Shown: positions 23,406 to 35,434, counted from the stretch's first letter. The stretch: 64,000 bases of DNA from Negaprion brevirostris (GCA_030324005.1 JARDVH010000163.1:57205677-57269676); one strand, 5' to 3'. Program-made: numbers and translations. Notes: generated by a model from the letters alone, not told the origin.

Positions 23406-24799
23406 TCATTAATTGCACATCCTTGTGGTGATCCACGGATGGGACACGTTCAGTGGCATGATTGCACATTTTTAAAAAGACCGGCATATATTAATACGAT
23501 TCAGTAACCCAGAAGTAAATGTTCATGAATCAGAAAATTGAACCTTTGTTTGGGAGGGTGCAAAGTAGATAAATTACAATTTTGGAAAAAAGAGCTGACT
23601 TTTCAGTGCAAATTCGGTAGCGCTTCACAAAAATAATATCAAGGCACATGTCTTTAACATAGCTCTCTGTTCAAATACTGCACCACACAACCACTACCTT
23701 CATAATACTTCTTTCACCCACTTCACTTTACAAAATTCAATGGACTGTTAACAACTGCTCGACCAGTGAGAGATCGCCAAGTCTGAAGAACCTTTCTAAT
23801 AAATCCAGCGCCTGAAAATGCATTTTTCTTTTAACATATTAGCAAGCACAGAGAAAAACAAAACCCAGGGGCTTTGCAGAGCTTTCATGCAATTGAATAG
23901 AAGTGTCATGTAACCAAGTTTGCTCCCACGCAGACATGTGAAGCTGAAGGTAAACTACTTGGGACATTTCGCTTCCAGAATAGGTTTTGAGCTGTTTCAT
24001 AAAAAGATTTGCTATTGATCATGGGACGGTCTCGCAAATACTATGTACCTCCACCCGACATGCACACACTTAACCCTTGCAAACAATGATTGTTGGATAA
24101 CTGTCTGGAATCTTTTTTCTTCTTTCTCTACTGAGACCAATTTTACCATCTAAACTGACTGAAGTTGGCACTGATGAACTGAGTCAAAAGTGGCAAGAAA
24201 TGAAGCAAAGAAGTTTATTTCCCATCCAGCCTAGTGCTGTACCTTATGGCTCATTTACCTATTTCAGCCGTCAGGTCACCAGCAGAAGGCCAACTGCTGG
24301 CGGCAGCGGAGTTTTGTTTTTCATACATTTTTCGGGTTGCCTGTTTGGTGAACCCTGGCAACTTGACACGCAACTGGCTACCGTACTTCAGGAAGCTGCA
24401 GCAGAAGCGTGCCTACTTTGCAACGGAAAAGCAGATTGAGACGGGTTCCTGGAGGTGGACTAAAACTGCTTGCCAAGGTCCAATTCAGGTTACATCCCAT
24501 CCAGATTCCATCACACAGCCTGCATTGATGCAAAGCCAAAGCACTTGGCATTGACACAAACCATGTAATAAAACTGTCCTGAAGGAAAGCAAATTAGACA
24601 GATGAGGAGACTAATCATAAAATATATATGGCTTGCAACAGCTTTCTTGAAACCCTGGGAGAATCCTCTATGTATAGATCTCATGCAACATTTTCAATAC
24701 AATTGGATTTCTTCAAAGCTTTTCAGAGTACCATCCTGGGTTTCAGCAATGACAACAATTTTTAGTACCTCTTTTACTGTTGTTGGGATTAGAAGAATT

Positions 24800-25300
24800 G
24801 AGGCCTGGAGGTTCTGAACAGAAGGACAAGGAATTTAAATGCAGTGTTTAGGGTAAGTCAATCCAAATTAGCGAGCATGAGCAAGTGCAAGGGGCGACAA
24901 GTGAACAAAACTGACTTTCATTTAGGAGGACAGCATAGTTTGGGAGAACGTTCAAGTTTACGAGGTGTGGAAGATCAGCCTGGCATGAACAGTTGTATTT
25001 TGAGGTAACAAAGCCGACTGGTGAGNNNNNNNNNNNNNNNNNNNNNNNNNNNNNNNNNNNNNNNNNNNNNNNNNNNNNNNNNNNNNNNNNNNNNNNNNNN
25101 NNNNNNNNNNNNNNNNNNNNNNNNNGAACAGTTGAATTTTGAGGTAACAAAGCCGACTGGTGAGGTTTTCATCATCAGATGAGCTGAGATAAGGGCAGAG
25201 ATGGATGATATTGAAGAGGTAGGATTGGCACTCTTCAGTGACACGAGAGGACAGAGGATGGAAACTCAGCCCAAGAACAAACTAGCTCAGCCTGAGAAAG
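24800..25300 (-). mobile_element. L2 LINE internal (RT end) fragment
   Basis: 'gaggtaacaaag....tgaggttttcatcatcagatgagctgagataagggc' is shared with the L2 at 61330-61430. Confidence 0.55.
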
Positions 25301-26019
25301 GTCTCGGTGAGAGCATTTCCAAAAGAAATCCATCCTTAGCGCACTAAAGGTTGGAAGAATTCAAAAAGCATAACATGAATTTAAACACCTTGCATTAATT
25401 TAAGAACTTCTCCACACGAGAAATGGTTTTCATTATCTGCTGCCACTGGGCATCAGAATGTAGGCCGTTATCTATCAACAGCACAAATTACAGGCTATCA
25501 ACTGAACAAAACCGCTTGGTGAGATCTCTCGAAAGTATTTCAGTCGGACACCTCACCATCTGCTGAGCACCAGCTGCTGCACTGTGAAAATTACCACCAT
25601 TCAGCTCTGGAATGAATCTCTCCCCAGGCCTCAGTCAGCCTCAGGTTCATTGCCACCTGCAGTCTTTCCAGTCAGTTTTCACCATCCACATCAAAGTAAA
25701 AACAGAGGCGCTCCAAGAGTTATAGTAAAGACAATGTTTGCTGCAGTTATGGATACTGCCCCATCATTTACGTGGGTGACCTTGATCAGGTAATGGCATC
25801 ATTCATGGGTATATTACATTAAAATATCCTTGCGGTCAAGCCAGAAAGCTCAGAATCAATAATCTATCATCACACCCTTCAATTGAATTAGCACTAGCAG
25901 AATATAGGACAGCAAGACTTTTCCTGTCTTTGACTGCAAGGTGATTAGGTCTGTGCACATGTGTGTATGAATTTCGAGCTACATTAGAGCATAAAGCACC
26001 AATAAAGATATTTAGAAAT

Positions 26020-26250
26020 AGAGCAGGAGAGTTCTATCCTTAGCCAATGTTTACCTCTCAACCAGCATCATTAAAGTATAGATCACCTTGTCATTACTAT
26101 ATTGCTATTTCTGGGAGCTTGCTGTGTACAAATTGGCTGCCACTGTTTCTTACATTTTAATAGTGACAACACTTCAACAAAGTACATTATTGATTCTAAA
26201 ACACTTTGAGCTTATGAAAGGCATAAGCAAAATAGAGGATCTTTCTGTTT
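26020..26250 (+). mobile_element. DeuSINE 3' half
   Basis: 'gagcaggagagttct...gggagcttgctgtgtacaaattggctgcc...acacttcaa'. Confidence 0.8.
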
Positions 26251-26358
26251 TAACAGAGACTTTGTTTAAAATTCTGATTGTTTTGAATTTCTCTCCTTTC
26301 CTCACAATGTAAGCTTGTGCTGGGATGGGGGGTGGGTCATTGGTGTAGTATTGGTATT

Positions 26359-26494
26359 GGTCGGAATTCTCTGATCTTGCATGCCCTGCTGCCGCTGCCA
26401 GCGAAAATGGAGAATTTGGTGCTCAGCCAAATTTCCATTCACTGCAACGGGACTGGAGAATCCCAGACGTGGGCGAGGTCGGAGAGTTCCTGCC
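26359..26494. mobile_element. ~136-bp MITE
   Basis: Termini 'ggtcggaattctc' and 'gagagttcctgcc'; core shared with 20839-20976; flanks att/act. Confidence 0.75.
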
Positions 26495-26581
26495 ACTGGC
26501 ACTGTTCACTGTCACAGTAATTCAGAGAATCAGGGTCCTGCTCTGGGGACCCCTGTTGGAATTTGAATTCAATAAAAATCT

Positions 26582-26840
26582 GGAGTGGAATTCTCCCAAA
26601 AAAATTCAAAGTGTTGAATTTGCAGAAAAATTGGAGTAATTCACGCTGTTTTTTTTCAGTGGGAGTTCACACTCAAATCTCCCACATTCTGTGCATTGCA
26701 GAGGCTACCAGCGTGATATCATTAGATTTCAGGGGGCAGAGCCTATTCCCACCTGGGAGGTTGAAATCAGTGCCCCGCGTGCGATTCACCTGGCCCTGCT
26801 GCACTAGAAAATTAGCGCTGTGAGATTGGAGAATCGTCCC
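26582..26840. mobile_element. ~260-bp MITE inserted in SINE B
   Basis: TIR-like 'ggagtggaattctcc' and 'ggagaatcgtccc'; SINE sequence resumes on both sides with 3 extra bases. Confidence 0.75.
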
Positions 26841-26889
26841 CTTGGAATTAAAAGTCTAATGATGAAACCATTGTTGAATGACGTAAAAA

Positions 26890-26984
26890 TGCAGAGCAAG
26901 CAAAGATGGCAGATTTCCTTCTCTAAAATATGGCTCACGAATCTATTTTAGAGAAGGAAATCTGCCATCTTTGCTTGGTCTGCA
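26890..26984. repeat. 41-bp inverted repeat, 13-nt loop, 1 mismatch
   Basis: tgcagagcaagcaaagatggcagatttccttctctaaaata / tattttagagaaggaaatctgccatctttgcttggtctgca. Confidence 0.95.
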
Positions 26985-27871
26985 GGTGACTCCAGACCCA
27001 CAGCAATGTGGTTAACCCTTCAATGCTCTAACAAACCACTCAGTTGAAAGACAATAGAAAAGGAATGAAACTGCATCTTACAAGCTGCAGTTCAAGAAGG
27101 CAGCTCACCACCATCTTCTCAAGAGCAATTAAGAATGGGCAATGAATTTTTCAAAAATATGCTTTCATAGAAGAGCAGAGTGGATGGTGGATGGCAATTT
27201 GCTGATGGGCAGTTTCACGGCAACTCTGATTCTATCTTCACCAGGTGCCCATGGGTAACATTCAGGACTGGAAGCCTCGTTTGGTCTGTTCCCACCCTGA
27301 CTGAGGTGAACCAATTCATTTTAAGACTAAGAATCTTCTTAATACGGTTCAGTGCTGTTTCTTTAACCAATTAAACCATCACTGAGATTCAGAACTGAGA
27401 TTGCAAACACTGATTGGTTAATTATTCAATGTTGCATGGTTTTTTATAACCCTTTGGTTAACCCTATACGTTGCTTTGTAACAGAAGTAAAGCCAGATTG
27501 CCAGGAGGAACTCCATTGTCTACCGTATGTCTGCCACTGCCAAATTAAGTTTCATACGGACTGAGGAAATGAAAGATTAAAGTATTAAGCAGCGGTCTGA
27601 GAAACAAAAAGACTGAAAACTTCCTTCTGTGCATTTACAGATCCATTGCAGGATTTACACGAGGTGTGTAAGAGATGATTTCCACAGCTGTGACAGGAAA
27701 GATGCGTGTGAAATCAGGAGGTAGCCAGGGACATTGAATACTCATGGTTCCCACTACTTTCACAGTCACCATATGTTTATGTGGCAGAAATACAGCCAGT
27801 CAGACTTTCCCTGGGGTAACCTGNNNNNNNNNNNNNNNNNNNNNNNNNNNNNNNNNNNNNNNNNNNNNNNN

Positions 27872-27898
27872 CCACACACACACACCCACACACACACT
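27872..27898. repeat. (CA)n microsatellite abutting a gap
   Basis: cacacacacacacccacacacacac. Confidence 0.85.
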
Positions 27899-28011
27899 AT
27901 TTGGACAGGCAACCTGTCAGCTAAAGTCAAGCTAGCATGAACATCTGCCAAGACTCTAGGACTTTGAGGTTGCAATTTTTTAAAGCTTTTTTTTTTGTTC
28001 ACTGCTATTAT

Positions 28012-28450
28012 CATAGATTCATACAATTTTATAATATAGAACATAGACATTCAGCCCATCGTGCATTTGTTGGCTCTTTGGAAGGGCAATCCAATTCGTC
28101 CCACTCCCCTCCTCTTTCCCCAAAGTCCGACAATGATTTCCTTTTCAAGTATTTATCCAATTCTGTTTTGAAAGTAATGAATGAATCTAATTTCCCTATC
28201 CTTTCACACAGAATATTCCAGTTAGTAGCAAACTGTTACATAAAATTCTCATTTCCTGTTGGATCTTTTGCCAACTATCTTAAATCTGTATCCTCTGGTT
28301 CCTAGCCCAGTAGTAACATATTCTCTTTGTTTATCTATAGAACCTTGCATAATTTTGATTGCTTTGACTAGTCTTTCCACATAAGAGAAGTTTCTTATCC
28401 CTGGTACTATTCTGATGAATCTCTTTCTCATCCTCTCCAAGGTCTTTTCA
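28012..28450 (-). mobile_element. CR1 LINE 3' fragment
   Basis: ORF 28249-28440 (KRFIRIVPGIRNFSYVERL..TRGYRFKI) plus tail 'catagattcatacaa...cattcagcccatcg'. Confidence 0.85.
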
Positions 28451-29349
28451 TGCCATGAAGATTAAATATGAGGGAATTACACTTGGTGTCCTCTACCAGT
28501 GCAGTAATTGTATAAAATGGGTTTTAACTGTAATCAGTTACAATGCATATTTTGTACAGAAGACTTACAGATCACATTGTAAATTTTCATGGTACAGACC
28601 ACTTGGCTCCCTGGTGGGGCACCTGTGATATGAACATCCCTTTCTGTGATAAATAATTTCTCCTCATCTGCTCTGTCAAATCTCCTCATAATTTTGACCT
28701 GTGTTAAGTATTCATTTAACTTACTCTGCATTAAGACAAAGCACACTAATTTTTTCTAATCCCGCCACACGACTGATGCTATTTTTCCTTCAGGGAAGCT
28801 TCTGTTCATGAAAACCTGAGGAAAACCAGGACACACTTAATGCTTCAAAGTAATATGTACAGTTGGCAATTTTTTAATGCAGTGATGCTGTCCCTCATTA
28901 CTCACAGCATTCGACTATGGTCTCTGAATCTGATTTTATTCAGCCCCTTGTTCCTCCTGAGTTTACAGTGCAGCACATTTGTAACCAGTGCTTTAACACA
29001 AGGGGATTGCTCACCTCTGTCAGCCTTTCCTCCCTCTTAAATCTGCAAACTTGCAGTGCTTAGAGATTTGGCATCACTTCATCACAGCTCGTCACCTTGG
29101 CTGTGTCCTGCATGATAGGTCTTGCTACGTCACCAAGGTTCACCAATTGAACAAAGTTTTCTTTCACAATAGGCCAAGGTGTTTTCACTGCACGTCCAGA
29201 GCAGACCAAAGCCATGCACTTTTGAAGGTCAAGATCTGTAGAAATCATGAGTGGAAATGCTGCAGGTCCTATGAAATTCCTTGAAATGCTCAGGCACCAT
29301 TTTCCTTTGCAACAAGAAGGAATTATATTTCTTTCGCACGATAGAAATA

Positions 29350-29630
29350 GGGACTTGCACTTATATCGCATTCTTCATGGCCACTGGATGTCTCAGTACT
29401 TTACAACCAGGGAAATACGTTTTGACATATTCATTGTTGCCCTGTAGGATGTGCAGCAGCTAATTCACACTCAGCAACTTCTGCAAAAGCAGTAGTGCAA
29501 GGATGAGTTGGTACTGGGTGGGATTCTCTGCCCTCGATTTAACCTTGCATGAAAGACAGCCCTCAGACAGTGCAGCACTCACTCCCTCAGGACTGCACTG
29601 GAATGTTAGCCTTGAGTCTTATGCTCAAGC
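29350..29630 (-). mobile_element. DeuSINE (decayed)
   Basis: 'gacttgcacttatatcgca' tail and 'gaaagacagccctcagacagtgcagcactc..ccctcaggactgcactgg'. Confidence 0.7.
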
Positions 29631-29864
29631 TAATGAAACAATTGGGTTTAATCACCAAACTAAAAGCTCTCAAGAAGAGCCACACAGACTTGTTAACTTT
29701 GTCTCTCTCTCTCTCCACTGATGCTACCAGACCTACAGAGTTTTTCCAGCATTTTCTGGTTTTATTTGGGGTATAACCGCTGTTGACTAAATATGCCTCA
29801 GAAAATGGACTTTGACCATTGCTAGGGTTCAGGAAATCGCATATTAACTTTAGTTCTAAACTCC

Positions 29865-30112
29865 AGTTTAGAAGGATGAGGGGTGATCTTGTAGAGATGT
29901 ATAAGATAATGAAAGGGATGGATAGGGTAGAGGTAGAGAGATTCTTCCCGCTTNNNNNNNNNNNNNNNNNNNNNNNNNNNNNNNNNNNNNNNNNNNNNNN
30001 NNNNNNNNNNNNNNNNNNNNNNNNNNNNNNNNNNNNNNNNNNNNNNNNNNNNNCGGGGCAGGCTCGAAGGGCTAGATGGCCTACTCCTGCTCCTATTTCT
30101 TATGTTCTTATG
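29865..30112 (+). mobile_element. CR1 LINE 3' end
   Basis: FRRMRGDLVEMYKIMKGMDRVEVERFFPL, then tail 'ggcaggctcgaagggctagatggcctactcctgctcctatttcttatgttcttatg'. Confidence 0.9.
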
Positions 30113-30254
30113 TACTTTCCCTCATTGTCAGCTCCAATTTGAGTATTCTCTTCTCTGAGGTTGTTGGTTCAAGCAGCACTTACTGAAAAAAAAGTGGTTA
30201 TCTGGTCTTGTCTCATTACGTTTTGTGAGAGCTTGGTCTGGGTAAAGTAGATGC

Positions 30255-30875
30255 TGGATCTTCTGATGCTGTTCACCATGGTGGGTTGAAATCCCGCTGG
30301 AGACTGGCGTGAAACCGCTATCCCACTGAGGGGATGAGGATGAAGGCCTGACTAGAATCTTGACCAGCTGCCCGATTTTCCACAACACCAGCAGAAAAAT
30401 CACACCAGTCTGGAACATGCCTGGACCAACATGGTGTGCAAAAGTCGGGACTTAATTAAAGAAGGTTGGGGGCTGTCTCCAGAGTTCGGAATGGAAGCTG
30501 CCAGCGACCCTGGAACACCACAGCAATGGGTATGGAGGGGAAACCATCTATCAGGTGAATCTTGCAGCATCAGAGTCTCCGAGGAGGTCCACCTCAGAGT
30601 GTTCCTGGACATCCATCTTTTTTCAGGAGGTCTTTAGTCAATGGTGGGACAGTGATGTCTGCTGCTTTTCAAATATGGCACTAGGACATGTTGGCAGGAC
30701 GAAGGTCATCAAGCCTGCCCCACCCTGGAAAACGGCACAAAACCCCCGGATGGATAATTAATTCTGCGAGGGACAGAAAATATGGCATGGCTTCCCAAAG
30801 GCCTCCATAGGAGGAAAGGCTCCCCATCCTCACCTTCTCTGGGGCACTTAGTTCCGAAGGGGAGAATTCTGCTCT
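30255..30875. mobile_element. Possible longer non-autonomous DNA element of the MITE clan
   Basis: CpG-richer block ending 'ggggagaattctgctc', similar to the MITE right termini. Confidence 0.4.
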
Positions 30876-31449
30876 TAGGTTCACGACACAAATCGCCGGC
30901 TAAAGTCAACTGAAGAAACAATAGGTTTTCCGTAGCTTTTAAGATTCCTCTTAGAATGGCAAATAGTGCACCAATCCTATCCTAATACAAATAATGGCAA
31001 GAAAGTCTGCCTTCCACAAGAGGCTAAATACTGCAGAACACGTACCTGGCCGGAGTAAGCCTGCTCTAGTCTCCCTGGATATAACAGTAAATGTGGTCCT
31101 AGTCAATCTGAGGTGCATTGGCTACATTCACTGACATAACATGGTTACCTAGGTAAATAATCATGCACTAGCTGTCTGTGCTACAAAAAGAAATCTGCAA
31201 TAACTGCTGTTTCCCTGTTCGCCTGTGCGCATAACAAAGGAATAATAAATATCTCTTCAACAAGTCTGAGTCTTGAACCCTCTAAAGAACATTTTGCACA
31301 TGTCAAATCCATTGACAGGCCAATGGAAAAAGGGGGGAGGAGAAATCCTTTCAAAAAAATTAAAATCCAGTTACATCCCCTCCCCCGATTCTGTCAACTG
31401 AGGAATTAGGGCTCCACACACTCAAGGTAAAGATATAGATAATATGATG

Positions 31450-31760
31450 CAACAACAACTTGCAGTTATGTAGCATCTTTACTGGAGGAAAATGCGGCAA
31501 AGGGACTTCACAAGGAGCTTTATCATATACAAACTGTGACAATGAGCCAAGGGAGGAGATATCAGGACAGGGACTGAAGCTCAGTCAAAGACGTTTTAAG
31601 CAGATTTTGAGGAGAATCTTAAATTAGGAAAGAGAGATGGAGAGGAATTTTATGATGGGCGAAACCAAAGGCATGGTGAGGAAAAGAATTGAGGGATACA
31701 TCAGAGGCCAGAGTTGAAGGAAGACTGGGTTCTTTGAGTGTTGCCGTGGAGATAAAGAGA
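31450..31760 (-). mobile_element. L2 3' end
   Basis: 'caacaacaacttgcagttatgtagcatcttta...cttcacaaggagc...gagccaagggaggagatatcaggacag'. Confidence 0.75.
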
Positions 31761-32635
31761 AGGACCCAACCATCCTTATTAATAATAATAATGCAGAGGT
31801 TCCAAGTTGAATGTAATTGATGTCACACTATCCACAAAAATAGAAATGTGCCTCACCCCTTTGAAATGTCAGAGCTATATGGCATCCAATGTTACTACGC
31901 CAAAATGAGCAGGGTTTGAGCACATTTGCTTTCAATTCTGACCATTTAACATTGAAGCAGATTTTACTCTGCGTCTGTTTTCATCAGTCTTGACAATACA
32001 CTAAACATAACAAAGTGTACTGATCTGTGTGAAAATCTCAATGCTGCTGTAATCAGAAGCAAAATAATGGTTATTACTCCGTGGCCCTGCCATACCGGTT
32101 TGCTTACGTGTTCGGTTTTCTTCATTCCCCTGAGACACTACAGAATATTCCTGTTGCGAATTGCAATCAGATGGAAGATAAAACATATACCAACTAATAC
32201 ATCAATCTGCAGATCTGGAAAAGTCATCCCCCAATCACTGCATCATAATCCTTTCTCTGACAAGCTTGGCTGCATTATCTTACTTCCGATAGTAACTGCG
32301 TTGGCAACATAAAAACCTAATCCATTTTCCCTTTTAGAGAATTGACTCCTGTGCCCTGAAGCACACTTCATCATTGTTTAATATTCCTTTGTATTTTCAT
32401 TATGGCAGTTCAGTCTCTTACTGCAGTTCTCTAGACCAACACACAGATAACCATCTGACACAAATGCCAGCAGCTCTGACTTGGAAACAACTGATCCTAA
32501 ATCAGCATTAGGAGCTGTCCTTGTGGCTAAATGAAGCATTGAGTTTTCATTAGTTTCCCCTGACCCTTTATGAAGTCTTTAAACACTGCTGTGACATGTG
32601 AAATGCCAGGTATTGTACTCCATTATAGACAGAAT

Positions 32636-32880
32636 AGAAAGACTTGCATTTATATGGTTTCTCACATCTTTCAGAAACATCTCAAAACACCTTTAATTAA
32701 TTACTTTTGAACTGCAGTTACCGTCATGCAGGCAAACATGGCAGCCATTTTACATGCAGCAGCACCTGATCAATGAGAACCAGGGAAGACTTCTGTCCAG
32801 GACAACAGGAGAATACATGTGTTCATCTTTCAACAGTACCATGGGAACTTTAAAATCACCCTGAACAGGGACTTGAACTG
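32636..32880 (-). mobile_element. DeuSINE 3' part
   Basis: 'agaaagacttgcatttatat...aaacatggcagccatttt...cagtaccatgggaactttaa'. Confidence 0.7.
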
Positions 32881-33394
32881 TCTCCAATGTTGTCAGCAAC
32901 AACCGCCCACCCAACGCTGCAATCCTTAAGGTCACAGAGGCAACAGGGCTACCAGCTGAGTCAAGCTCTCGGGTTTTCTTCATAACAAAAGGATAAAACT
33001 GACCACAAGCTGATGGAGCTCTTCTGCTAACTCTGAGTAATAACATTGCCCCAAGTTGCTGGTAAATCACTTGATCAGAAAGGTTGCGAGATTTGATTCC
33101 TGCTCATATGCTGAGCTGACTAAAATTCATTGCAACAGCACACAGTGAATTGATCCATTGGGCTATCAAAGAGATACATTTTACATCATAAAAATATATT
33201 CAGGCATGGGGACATTTTAGCAGCAGTTAATTATCCTCAAAACAGAAAAAGAAATAAGTTATTGGATCTTTGTTTCAGAACATATATGCCCCATTTTGTT
33301 GCAATAAAAAAAATTGCAACACAGCGTCTCTACCCAATTCCTTTCAGATGCTGGCTGCTTCCAAACCTGCCCTGTTTAAATTTTATTTTTACAG

Positions 33395-33480
33395 CCTTTG
33401 AAGCTTTTCTTGTCCATATTTTTGTCGTAGCAAGTTTTAAGATGACAGGATTTGTCACATCATGGACCAGGGTCGCCTTA
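33395..33480 (+). other. Candidate 86-nt spliced exon (unassigned)
   Basis: Acceptor 'ttttatttttacag|' and donor '|gtaagt' in a repeat-free block; one open frame FEAFLVHIFVVASFKMTGFVTSWTRVAL, which I do not recognise. Confidence 0.25.
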
Positions 33481-33984
33481 GTAAGTATCTGCCAAATGTT
33501 CTGCGTCGACTTTCCCTCTCCTAAAATGAAGTGAATTTTAACAGTGAAACATTGTCCATTAAGCCATTTTAACCTAGGCTGTTGTTTCCTGATGCTCTTT
33601 AAACATGTTTTGGTTGTGCTTGCTGGCATCAATTAAAACCGTGTTTGATGCTGGCAGTGACTCAACTGTAATTTCCTAGCTGGAAGGTCAGGCCATCGAT
33701 GTAATGGTTGAGATTTTAAAAGCCATAAGCATTTAGAATTCCCTTTCAAGGATTTCAAATATTTTCATTATCAATTAGTACTCACACCATTTGAACACAC
33801 ATAACTGCGAACATTAATTTGATCTGCCACAATTACAGAGAAATAGCCTAATGTTTTTTGTTCAACCAGGAATTTAATATATTAACATCAGATTGCACAA
33901 AGACATCTATGTAAACATGTCTGCTGACCTCTTACCCCTAACCCCCCTCTCATTCCAACAGCACTTTTGAAATACAGAAGCTTT

Positions 33985-34172
33985 TGCAGCAGCTTGATTC
34001 AGTTAGCAGTACTCCTGCCTTGGAATTGCAGGGCAACAAGGTCAGGACCCTGCTCCGAGCTCGAGCCCTAATCACAACACACATTTCAGTGCAACGTAGG
34101 AGAGTGCCACATTGTTGCTGGTGTCAGAGAGGATGCTAAATGGGGGCCCAGTTATTGTGCTCAAATGGACAT
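33985..34172 (+). mobile_element. DeuSINE 5' part
   Basis: 'cagttagcagtactcctgcct...cagtgcaacgtaggagagtgccacattgtt..ggtgtc'. Confidence 0.6.
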
Positions 34173-34174
34173 CA

Positions 34175-34795
34175 ACTCTTTCCAGTGGTTGGAGAGTTGG
34201 TAATCGGATTCAAGATAATTGGCAAAAAATAGGCAGCAATGCGGCATTGTGCTGCCTCACAGCGCCAGGGACATGGGTTCGATTCTCGGCTTGGGTGACA
34301 GTCTGTGTGGAGTCTGCATGTTCTCCCCGTGTCACTGTGAGTTTCCTCCGACAGTCCGAAAGACATACTGGTTAGGCGCATTGGCCATGCTAAAAAAATT
34401 CTCCCTCGGTGTACCCGAACAGGCACTGAAGTGTGGTGACTAGGGAATTTTCACAGTAACTTCATTGCAGTGTTAATGTAAGCCTACTTGTGACACTAAT
34501 AAATAAACTTAAACTTTAAAAAAAACAGGGGTGGCCATGAGGAGAAAGTTTTTATCCAGTAAGTCGTCAGCATCTGGAATGCACTAGTTGGAGGGTGGTG
34601 AAGCAGATTCAATGGAGAATTACATAAATATACAAAGAGAAAACAATTTACAGGGGTATGGGACCGAAAAAGGGAAGTTGGGTTAACTTTGAACGTGTCC
34701 TGCTGGTGAACATGTCAACCCTATTTATACAAAGAGCTGGCACAGGCACAATGGACCAAATGATCTCTCTCTGTGCAATGTTGTTCCATGATTCT
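34175..34795 (+). mobile_element. CR1 3' fragment interrupted by the V-SINE variant
   Basis: 'caagataattggcaaaa|insert|aaacagggg...atgaggagaaagttttt...ctggcacaggcacaatggaccaaatg...ccatgattcta'. Confidence 0.75.
34232..34520 (+). mobile_element. V-SINE variant with non-CR1 (Rex1-like) terminus
   Basis: HE1-like head and V-domain followed by 'ggtgtacccgaacagg...cttcattgcagtgttaatgtaagcctacttgtgacactaataaataaact'. Confidence 0.88.
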
Positions 34796-35014
34796 AAAGT
34801 AATTCATGGCTACAATTTATGGAGCAGCGAGTTTTCCAATATCCAGGCCAACATGTTCTCTGTTGCTGACACACCATGGCCACAAACTGGTTAGCATCTC
34901 ATTTGTGATTTGCGTCACCGTATGGTGAGTCGATTGGCTGCTGTGTTCACTCACACTGTAACAGAGAGACCCCACTTAAAAAATAATTTACTCGATAAAA
35001 GGTATCTCAGATCT

Positions 35015-35300
35015 GTGGCTTGATGGCAAAGTAGCACTCCCACCTTTCAGTCAGCAGGCTGTAGCTTCAGCACCCACACCAGAGACCTGATCGCATAAAC
35101 CAGGCTGATTCTTGAGTGCGGGGGATGCTGCACTGTTGGAGGGGCTGTCTTTCAATGAGACATTGAACTGAGGCTTGTATGCCCTCCACATTTGGATGCC
35201 AACTACTCAACATCACTCCTGGAGAAGAACAGGCATGTACTTGCAACGGCCCCCCACCTCCTCCTCGACCAATATGTATTCCTTAAACAACATTTGAAAC
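35015..35300 (+). mobile_element. DeuSINE 5' part
   Basis: 'gtagcactcccacct...gctgcactgttggaggggctgtctttcaatgagacattgaactgaggc'. Confidence 0.7.
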
Positions 35301-35315
35301 AGTTTTGTCATTAAG

Positions 35316-35434
35316 CTCCATCCTTGCTCGTGGCTGGGATCCTCCGGTACCCCTGGAAGTGAATGGAGATTTGGCTGGGATGCCAAATTCTCCATTCTTG
35401 CTTGAATCATGGATGAGATTGGAGAATCCGTCCC
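35316..35434. mobile_element. MITE copy (opposite orientation to 20839-20976)
   Basis: 'ctcgtggctgggat...gtgaatggagatttggctgggatgccaaatt...ggagaatccgtccc'. Confidence 0.75.

Larger units (their letters stand above)
26500..27145 (+). mobile_element. tRNA-derived SINE family B (CR1-group tail), hosting a MITE and a fold-back
   Basis: 'ggaatttgaattcaataaaaatc|MITE|tggaattaaaagtctaatgatg...gaaggaaatctgcc...gtgactccagacccacagcaatgtggtt...caagagcaattaagaatgggcaat'. Confidence 0.8.

Noticed and set aside
24986-25165. Direct repeats flanking gaps as LTRs or tandem repeats
   Set aside because: They abut exactly-100-N gaps, the signature of unmerged contig overlaps
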